Source: Laetmonice hystrix (lineage: Eukaryota). Taken from it: DNA of 64,000 bases. Every line of letters starts with the position of its first letter. Position 1 is the first letter of the stretch. Below the pieces are notes generated by a model that was not told the origin of the DNA, did no database searches, and was given only the letters and a program-made list of their open reading frames with translations. The position numbers were made by a program, and so were the translations under genes. This document shows positions 54,262 to 64,000 of the stretch, piece after piece. The stretch spans positions 42,284,001 to 42,348,000 of the forward strand of contig OZ249437.1 of the NCBI GenBank assembly GCA_965235115.1, read 5' to 3'.

Positions 54262-55128
54262 AGTAACCGAAACGTCAAAAAACTGACATCGCTGTGTTAC
54301 TAGTAACCGAAACATAAAAAAACTGACATCGCTGTGTTACTAGTAACCAAAACATCAGAAAACTGACATCGCTGTGTTACTAGTAACCGAAACATCAGAA
54401 AACTGACATCGCTGTGTTACTAGTAACCAAAACATCAGAAAACTGACATCGCTGTGTTACTAGTAACCAAAACATCAGAAAACTGACATCGCTGTGTTAC
54501 TAGTAACCAAAACATCAGAAAACTGACATCGCTGTGTTACTAGTAACCAAAACATCAGAAAACTGACATCGCTGTGTTACTAGTAACCAAAACATCAGAA
54601 AACTGACATCGCTGTGTTACTAGTAACCAAAACATCAGAAAACTGACATCGCTGTGTTACTAGTAACCAAAACATCAAAAAAACTGACATCGCTGTGTTA
54701 CTAGTAACTAAAACATCAGAAAACTGACATCGCTGTGTTACTAGTAACCAAAACATCAGAAAACTGACATCGCTGTGTTACTAGTAACCAAAATATATAA
54801 AAAACTGACATCGCTGTGTTACTAGTAACTAAAACATCAGAAAACTGACATCGCTGTGTTACTAGTAACCAAAACATCAAAAATCTGACATCGCTGTGTT
54901 ACTAGTAACCGAAACATAAAAAAAAGTGACATCGCTGTGTTACTAGTAACCAAAACATCAAAAATCTGACATCGCTGTGTTACTAGTAACCAAAACATCA
55001 AAAAAACTGACATCGCTGTGTTACTAGTAACCAAAACATCAAAAATAACTGACATCGCTGTGTTACTAGTAACCAAAACATCAAAAAAACTGACATCGCT
55101 GTGTTACTAGTAACCGAAACATAAAAAA
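54262..55128. repeat. Minisatellite, 40-43-bp unit, about 21 copies
   Basis: Unit aactgacatcgctgtgttactagtaaccaaaacatcagaa; length varies in the A-tracts. Confidence 0.98.
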
Positions 55129-57498
55129 AAAACTTTTTTAGGTTTATTAGAAACACTTTATCATACCCGGAACCTGAGGACAGAGCTGAAACAAATATCC
55201 AAAGTCAGTTTTCAACATATTTTCATAAAGCATTTTAACTTTTAACTCGAGGTATTTTTTTCAATACTTTCTTCACATTATTGTGTTTGACTTTCTCTTT
55301 AAGATTATTTTATCATTAGACCTATGTAACTACTGAACTGGTTGACACATAATCCATGAAAAATGTTGATCCTCATCACTTCCGAATTGGGGTCAGGAAG
55401 CACTTGTTAAACGGTGACCTGTGTTATTAGTTTGTACGAGTACATATCCCTGTTGTAATACACCGTCCTGTGCCAACCTTCATGACCTGCGCAATGTTCT
55501 ATGCCCATATGTAAAATCATTAACACTGTGTGAGGCCCTGACCCCAAGCATGTTCCTCTCGTTAGGCACCGATTGTACAGTTATGAATCATTTGGCAGTG
55601 TCCAGTCTCCGACAAAATATTCAGTGACAGACACTGCCCAGGGCGGCTCCGGCCTGGCAAGGCGACGGCGGCCGGTGGCGGCGGGGGGGGGGGGGGCACC
55701 TAACAACGCTCCGCCTGTGTTGTGACCAAACCTTCGTCCCATGATTAATGTACAGGTCAGTGGCACCTAGCCATGGTATTTGACACAGAAACTAAACACA
55801 GCCGATGTTTCAGTGTCTTTTCCTCTTAAAATAGATGCATCAATTAAAAGATGAGTGGACAGCTGCTGCTTTGGTATGCAGTGCGTTGTTCGTGAGCGGT
55901 CTCAACATGGTTAATCGGAAATTTACCGTACACTGTTGATGCTCGCGTACGTTCCTCGGAAGGATCCGTAGGAGGCGACATGGGGCTGTTTTTGACTTTG
56001 AGGGGTAAGTAATTTGCAAGGCTCAACCTGGCACATGATAGACAGGGCCCATGCACCGACAGTGGCCACGTGCCTGATCTCCTATCCTAAACCATTGTGG
56101 TGCCCAGCTGTGTCGACTGCCCCCACCCGTGTCGTCCTCCCAAACGCCCCACGCTTGCCCTGTTTACTGTAAGCCCTCCGCATTGTCCCAGCATCTTCAC
56201 ACCCGCCGTGCTAATGTGGCCGAGTGGTGGGCCTGCATACGGAACGACAGCGGGGCGGCACGTGTACCCGCCCACAATCACAACAACCATGCACTGTGTA
56301 AAGTCAAGATTGCTCGCAGCCATGAGGACAGTTTACAAAGATATCACCATCCAACACCTGTCACGCCACGCCACCATCCTGAAAGTGGTGCTCTCGTTTG
56401 TAAATATATCCGACAGGATGGAATGACCGCCGCCAGACAATATCACAGATAGAATCCGCTTGTGTTACGGTCAGATTGGAAATTTAAACGGTCACATATA
56501 TGCAGCAGTAACCGATCGGCTACACGAAGTAAAGACACACCAATGATACAGGTATACTGACACTTGGCGAATACCTGCCCGCTGTAGGTATGTCATTATA
56601 TCTGGCTGTCATTGTACCTGCTCCTGCAATCTGTAAGAAATTGTTTGATCTGCTCACCCTTATATCTGACAGTAATAGGTGCCATCAAAACTGTAACCCC
56701 ACACCTGCATGGCGGTACCTCTAATTCTCCACTTCTACAGTGAGCTATCGGCTTTTCTTTCTGTTTTCTCTTAATTTTCTTTTTATTTCACTCTTTTAAG
56801 TGCTGCTATTGACCTCGACGGGGCCTACTTGGCTCGACTTCACTCGAAAAATGTAGACGATACATGTAGATCTATGTATATTACATACAAGACATCACAA
56901 TAGAAGACATCAAAGTAATGTCATCATATCGTCAACCGAGAATTAACAGGGTCTATCTAACATTTCATTCAAATTTGATTTTTTTTCATCCAACCATCTC
57001 AATTTTAACAAGGTCTATCTTAGCGATCGATGGCGCCCTCTGGTGTACCTTGAATGGGTTGATCTCACTTCCAAGAAGGTCTATGGTAAGTTTTAGAATG
57101 TTCAGTTGAGTATTACCAAGGTCTATCTATCAACCAACCAATCAGCAGGCCAGGAAGTTGGTCACATGATCCGAAATTCAGATAGACCAAGTTAATACTA
57201 AATCATGCACAATGTCTGTTTAGGGCATTAGGATACAAATAAAGCAGATAGACCCAGGCAATATTAACCGTTTAGGCCTGTACTTATACACATTGGAATA
57301 CACTATAGGGGCCTACTATAGCATAGGACCTATGCAAACTGCATGCTTTAATTCCGCTTTCGTTTAGGCTTAGAATTTCTCACTTTCCTAAGTTGGTAAC
57401 TATTACTATGTCAGGGTGCACAGACCTGGGATCCGGGGGAGGGGGGGGGGGTTAAAAATAAGGGGGTCTCCCCTTATTTTTGGAAAAGTTATTGAGCT

Positions 57499-57768
57499 AA
57501 CTTGTCACTACATGAAGTATTTTGTATGTCTGGCCCATACTGTAAACTCTGGTTGGGGGCATTGCAACTTTCTAGGAGGCAGGACTGCATTTTTCATTGA
57601 AATTACCATTAAAATGACAGGGCTACCATCTAAAACTTGTCACTACATGAAGTATTTTGTATGTCTGGTCCATACTGTAAACTCTGGTTGGGGGCATTGC
57701 AACTTTCCAGGAGGCAGGACTGCATTTTTCATTGAAATTACCATTAAAATGACAGGGCTACCATCTAA
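57499..57768. repeat. 135-bp tandem duplication (2 copies)
   Basis: aacttgtcactacatg starts at 57499 and 57634; copies are near identical. Confidence 0.95.
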
Positions 57769-59457
57769 AATGTGGCAATGCCTCCAATCACAGTCTGTAA
57801 ACATATACTTAGAGACCTGAAAATCATACTTTAGAAGTCTTAGGTTGGTGCAATCTTTCATATTAAAGTTCAGAATTTTGTTGCACTTTTTTAAAACAAA
57901 AAATGTGCAGATAGACCCATATGAATCTGGTTTTACTCTCAAGTCATGTGTTATAAAGGTCTATCTGCAAAATTGCTATCCCATAATTCCATGTAGAAGG
58001 CCAACAGAGGAAATTAAGTAAGCTTATTTCATTTAACTGTTATATATAACTGTCACGTAGAACAAAATATCAAAATAAATTTTATGAGATAGCGGCAATT
58101 CGACTTTGAATTTTTAATTTCATTTTTCTCAAAACTTAAAAAAGTGCAGTTGGACCCTGTTAATTCTCGGTTGACGATATTGCTAGATATTAAAAACGTA
58201 ATTTAAGAGTATTTTATGACAGTGTTGCTACATATTAGCATATAGTACATTGTATATCATGTAGATCGTAGCCAAGACAGGTGGCATTCCCGAAACTGAA
58301 AATACGAAGGATGGTGGTTTCAAATCTTTCTTCGTTGAACTACGTTGAGCTTCAGGATAAATAATATGCCTGATTTCTGTCCTTTAAGACTATAGAGAGT
58401 CTAAATTTACCCGTATTCAGGAAAGCACTTTTATTAAGAACAAAAATATCGTGTTCTCTAATAAAGATAACTCAGATATACTAACAAATATTTCTCAGAG
58501 GGAAAATTTGTAAATTATCATGACAGAGATATCAGTGTGAGAGCAAGAATGGTTTAACCCGTCGCCTGACAATGTTCACTGTGCCGCCCTGGCAGAAGTC
58601 ATGTAATTAAGCCATTGTAGCTTCGGCAAATGTTGACAGTTGCTGTCCTGTTGTAGGCATCTGTGCCCGTCACCCTTGGGGTGCTGGGAGGCATGGTTAC
58701 TAACAGGCCACTCACTATAAAGGCCTGACAGCTGGCCATGCTTCACTGACCCGTTTGACCTCGCTGTCAATTCTGGCTTTCTTCAATGGGAAACCACGCA
58801 CCCCACAGCCAGTGTCTGGACCCTACTGTTAACAACTGCGGTTAATCCACGCATAAAGTCAATGATCTTTAATCTGTGTCGGTGATTCTAGGTTCTTATT
58901 ACGATCAGCCGTATCACCCGCTCAGTTTCAAGGAAACAGCTGAAATTATAAAGCTTTACACATTTATGAGAGTAAAAAATTCCATAAAACTTAATAGTTT
59001 TACATCTCTGAACTCAACTGTCGTTCTTAGTATCGTTTCCGGGAGCATCAATATGAGAACCGTGGCACTGAATAATAAATCCCAACGAGTGGTAGAAGAG
59101 ATCTGTGGAGGCACACTGTACCACCAATTCCCTCTGTGGCCGGTCACACGTCTTAACGATATGACCGGACCAGCATCTCCCAGTACCAACTCTGACCTCA
59201 TACAGTTCTACACATAGACACTGACAAATGCTGGCACTCTATGGTATGGCGCCAGTGGATAAATAAACGCAATCCTGTAACATGTGGGAGATCAATTATG
59301 TCGTGTTTGGCTGTGGAGCCTGAGGTTAACACGTGAATGAGAGCGACCTTACCTGGGATGAGCCCCTAGTGACTGTGGCACTGGTTAATCCGTGGATTCG
59401 ATCCACCCTAGTGCGTTGACTGCAGGCGGTTCTTATCCTCCACAGACAATGGCTTGG

Positions 59458-59463
59458 CAGCAG

Positions 59464-59493
<30 letters not shown>
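59458..59493. repeat. Trinucleotide microsatellite CAG CAG AAG (CAG)9
   Basis: Direct reading. Confidence 0.97.
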
Positions 59494-59496
<3 letters not shown>

Positions 59497-59759
59497 TGTG
59501 TACCCACAGCCGAGACAGCGCACACTGAGCCGTCAGTTTGAGAGTACCTGTCCTTTTGAGAGGTGCAGACAGACCACTGATAATTGGGCAATCACAAATC
59601 GTCCAGTCCCTCGTCTGCTGGAGTATTGGTACTGCGCTCGTGTGAACAAGCGTGGAATTCCAGAGTGGCATCTATCTGCTCATGCCTGCCTGCTGCACTC
59701 ACACATGGAGTGCTCACTGGAACCTTGCTGTTAGCTGAATGATCAGCTGAAGGACTCCG

Positions 59760-60340
59760 TACTAGTCGGCCACGCCGGCCTTCCATTGGAAACTTGCCGC
59801 CAATCCGTGCAAGGGCACGGTCCACGCCGCATCCCATTATGTTAATGAGTGCGGCGGGCCGCCTCGCCTCGCGCGCGACCTGCTCCTCTCTGTACGCGGT
59901 AGGCTATCGTCTGCGTGCTGGTGACGTTGCCTCGGTAGCGATGCTGGCCAGCGAATGATCGAGTCATCGCCCAACGTTACGTGTTCGCCATCATAACGTT
60001 CCGCACAACACACACCAGAAAGTTATGTCAATGATGAAATTATGCACCATTAGTCGATATAATTATGCTCCAAATATGTATAAACGGTGCTGGCGAAATA
60101 TTATCATGTGCAAAACTGCTTAAATGCATTAGTCACCATTGGCCGGTTCTAAGCGTTCAAGAAAATTTAAAAAAAACTATTTCGATGCAAATAAAACAAT
60201 TAGGCCCTAACTTAATTTGTTTACACCAGTTCAATGACTTGAACAGCAACGAAATTCATTGGTTCATCGCCCGATGAATTTCTTTCGCCAAAGTTGTAAT
60301 GTAAATCAAAACCGGAAGTGACAAGCCATATAAAAGCAGA
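59760..60340. promoter_or_regulatory. CpG-rich promoter-like region
   Basis: Dense CpG 59770-60000 (gcggcgggccgcctcgcctcgcgcgcg), CCAAT-type motifs near 59776 and 59800, ETS-type accggaagtg at 60311, tataaaag near 60329. Confidence 0.35.
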
Positions 60341-62763
60341 ATTGCAGGCCAAGATTCGATCCTGTAATTTAGGCCTACAACAAAAATTATATCCCACGTG
60401 GTTTTTTTAATAGATGTTTTAATCGCATAGCGCAGTGTAACACCTGATTTGTTAGAAAAATTGCTAGAAGCCTTTGCTGTATAGTCGTATTGGGAACAAG
60501 ATACGTGTACATAAAGATGCTCGCAGTCGTAATTTGCTCGCCCCTGTCGCGACCAAATCAGATAAGAGTTTTTAGCTGCAGCAAATCATAGCAAGGCGAA
60601 CATGGTTGAACCTGACTGTCAAACCAGAATCTATAATAGTAATACCAACGTCAGAACATGGGGTACCCCTGCCCATAAGTCGTCAGGCGAATCGGCTAAC
60701 CCGTACTGGGATATTGGATTGAACAAAATGGGAAGCTCCTTTCAAGGAAGCTGTCGCGGACGCGTGCCAAAGAAAATCGTCCATACTAAATACACGCCCC
60801 GCGATCAAAGCCCACACCTTCTTCACACCAAGTTCCGGTGGGTTTGGCTAATTGCTGTATGCATTTGCACTACTGTTTATCGACAGAATGAATGGATCGT
60901 AGTTAGTGGAGGAAGTATAATCAGATTCAGTGCAGACAGAAGGACCGTTGGTGACTAGTCATTATCATACTCATACATGACAATTAACTTGGCCGGTCAA
61001 ACTCTAACGCCATGGTCTCTGCGCGTCCCTTTTACATTGTCTGCGGGAGAAACCCTTTGGAAGGCAAGCTGACCTTCTCTACGTCACAGTATAGATGGGA
61101 TGTCTGGCACCATAATACCCTGCTCTGCTGGGCTGCTGACCAAGCGCTGTCCTCGGCTAGACGGCTAGCACCCACCTTTGCTGACAGAGTACCAACTTCC
61201 GCTGGCTGACAGTCAGACCGGTGTTTCCAGCCCAAAGAAGATCACCACGCTTTGTTGGGAGTTTCATTTAACTGACAGAAAATCTAACAGTTTCAATTAA
61301 AGTTTCGCCCTTAGCCATGTAAACTCCCTTGATGATCTGCCGTAATTCCCGGGGAGGGGGGTAGCCCCCCCCCCCCCCAATATTTTCAATATTTGCCTAA
61401 TATTTAGCCTATTTTACTCGGGAGAAACTTAGACTATTATGTTCGTCTAAACCCCTCAATATTTTAATGGAAACTATCTAGCCCACTCAATAATTTGACG
61501 AAAATGGCGGGCCTGCTCTCAACAGTACACATCATCTTTTCACCCCAGTTCTCACCTCCACCAACCGTTATTTCTAGTTTCTGTGCCAGCATCACTTTTC
61601 ATTTCTCCGCCAGTCTCGAGTACCATCATTCATTCGCTGTCAAACCACTTGAGACGACTTGGCCTTTTCTTCGTTACGTTTTTGTTACCAGTGATGAATC
61701 ACACCCCTAACCCAAACTGTTGGTCGGCTGGAGTCCAGCGACCTCGACCAGGTCCTGTATAGTCACCAGGGGTTAATCACTGTATCCTGGGTTATTACTG
61801 CTACATGAGGTTGGATCACGTGTTCTCTGTTGGGTATAGTACCCAGTAAAACTGCTCCATTTAGTCTGGAAGTATACTAGTGACCCTCCTCCTACTAACG
61901 AAAGCATACTTCAGCTCCCCCCCCCCCCTACAAAACCCCATGCGTTCCACCAAAGAGACGTTATTGGCCATGTATATATATCTTAGAGCCAGCCATATTT
62001 TGAGGAGGTCTTTGGTAAAACATTGCAGGGGAACCCTGCCATGCCCTTGCGGGAGATATATCTGCCAACCAGTTCGCTTGGATAGAAGTCTTTCTTTAGC
62101 GAATTCCACCCGGTATTTTTTTCTTCAGCGATGAAGGAATGCGGAAACACCTCTACAATTCTACATCCCTTCATTTGCCAAACATATGCCACACGATGAC
62201 TGGCAGCTATTGCACCTCATGACAGTATGCCAATTAGTGTGAGGGTGACAGTACGTGTTATCTATATGCCACTAGGTGCTTGTAAATGGTCCAGAACAGA
62301 CCGGCAGAGCGGGCGGTCCATTTGTCCCTTGCATGACAGGTTCCACACCCTGGGTATCCTCCAAGGAACTGAGACCGGCTCAAATGATACTTTATTTCTG
62401 CTCACTGGGCTGGAAATATAGGATGGGATGAGAAGGTGGGCAATAAGTGACTTGTGTTAATGCAAGCATGTAGTGGGCCACCAGCTGCCGTGATCTATGG
62501 ATGACAGAAGACATAAAGGCAATTACAACCGGGGTGGCAATGGAGTAGTCAACATGGGCGTTAGAGTGTGAAATGGTAGCGCAAAATGTACTTCTACACC
62601 ACGGTCTGTCTGCCTTAGCATGAAACCGTCTCTTTTATCCTACTTCCCGGTTCTCTTAGGTTTTTATCAATCCAACGTGTGATTTATAACATTCCTTGTT
62701 GTTTTTATTAGAACCTTATCCAAGCTCAACTGTGAGTTCCAATCACGGATTTACACCCACATG

Positions 62764-62828
62764 ACGGGATCATCATGTGTTATTACAAATAATTTACGGG
62801 ATCATCATGTGTTATTACAAATAATTTA
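62764..62828. repeat. 32-bp tandem duplication
   Basis: acgggatcatcatgtgttattacaaataattt at 62764 and 62796. Confidence 0.92.
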
Positions 62829-64000
62829 TTGATCCTCCTGCTATATTAAGTGCCCAAGCAGAGCTAGAATAGCATAACTTTACTGCTTGACAATGCTATC
62901 AATTGGTACATTAAGAATAGATGAAAGAACTGAACTGAGCCTGCCTTCAACATGTACCACTTGGGTAATCAGATTATGGGTACCGACTTTTATTATTAGA
63001 CCTTCTATAGTGCAAAATATTACGACGAATCGGATCCAAAGCAGGAACTTTAACTTATGTTGATAAAAAATACTAATCTTGTTTTTCAGGGGAGGTATAG
63101 AGGGAAAGCGATGATGTAATAATATTATACAATATTTCTGCGTGTATTCACAGTAATTATCATGTCCATGTCAATCTGTATTATATCATACTACATGCAA
63201 ATCCCTAGATCAATACTCATCACATGGATTCAAACTGCTGACAGGTGACAGCCGGGTGAAGACCACCCCACTGCCCCATCCTCTAATCCTCCTGTTCTAA
63301 CAACCCCTACCCTGAAGTCCACTAGACTGAACATCGCTGTATAGAAGCACATCTCCAGATGGGACCACCCCTGACGCCTGCAGTCATGTTCAGTGGCCGT
63401 ATTGAACTCAATCAATCTCGGTGCTGCTCATGACAGTCCATACACATATACAAACTGCCGCTCTAATTACCCATGTTGGCCCCCGCCGAATCGAACTAAC
63501 GAGGCAGTCAAGCGCAGACTCGCCCAGCTTTCCACCTTTTTGTTCTTTCTCTTCATTATCTTCCATCAGCCTGGAGCTGCCTTTTATGAGCAATACGATT
63601 AAAACAGCCCATGGTTTATCAAATATTTATCATCAAGTTATAATTGTGTCACCACATTATCCTGTCCTCTGGGCCCTTTTTAAGGCGGGCCACCTCAGAG
63701 GAATCTTTGTCCCTGCAGGCCCGCACATCGCATTACCCTAACACCATTTCAGGCTTATTTGGTGACGACAAATTAAAACCTTAGGCTAAAAGAATGCCTG
63801 TCCGGGTTCGTTAGGTCACCTGGCCTCGTCTGTTAGAGAGGCCACCCGATCCTGAAATCTGACCCAACAATGGGCAGCATATTAAAGACAGCCGACTTTA
63901 CAGTGTGTGTCATCCAATGATATTGTATGTACTCCTCCTGGCTGCTAAAAGTGGAGCCGTGGCCACCAATGCCAACACCACTCTCGCTTAATAGGAACAT

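Noticed and set aside
1-55128. Regular repeat arrays as CRISPR loci
   Set aside because: Units are directly adjacent with no unique spacers, there are no cas genes, and the context is eukaryotic
55940-55994. SVGGDMGLFL resembling the DEG/ENaC GGQMGLF motif
   Set aside because: Short match, in-frame stop upstream with no acceptor, and no other channel motifs
56662-56712. DGTYYC immunoglobulin-like motif on the minus strand
   Set aside because: Stop two codons later and no other Ig hallmarks
59364-59413. A-box/B-box-like words and hairpin GTGGAT-tcg-ATCCAC between ccctagtg direct repeats (tRNA, SINE or Helitron end)
   Set aside because: Box spacing is far too short for a tRNA or SINE, and the hairpin-to-CTAG distance is too short for a Helitron 3-prime end

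Overview
This is metazoan (probably invertebrate; inferred) nuclear DNA that is gene-poor and repeat-rich, with one assembly gap (4416-4546). No protein-coding gene could be identified with confidence, and I recognised no rRNA, tRNA, CRISPR array or operon. The dominant feature is about 20 mutually unrelated tandem arrays with units of 18-135 bp, covering roughly 15 kb (about 23%) of the window; several show higher-order block duplications. Most long ORFs in the supplied track are translations of these arrays. Also present are two small TIR-bounded MITEs (39587-39791, 44015-44166), decayed Penelope-like and RTE-like retrotransposon fragments, a SINE-like fragment, a 1-kb tract with a repeated GGTCTATCT motif in both orientations, and a CpG-rich promoter-like zone near 59.8-60.3 kb next to a CAG repeat. 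Several short splice-flanked open segments could be exons of unidentified genes, but all are low confidence. I do not see convincing evidence for a novel biological system. The most testable oddity is that several minisatellites carry or abut splice signals next to exon-like segments.
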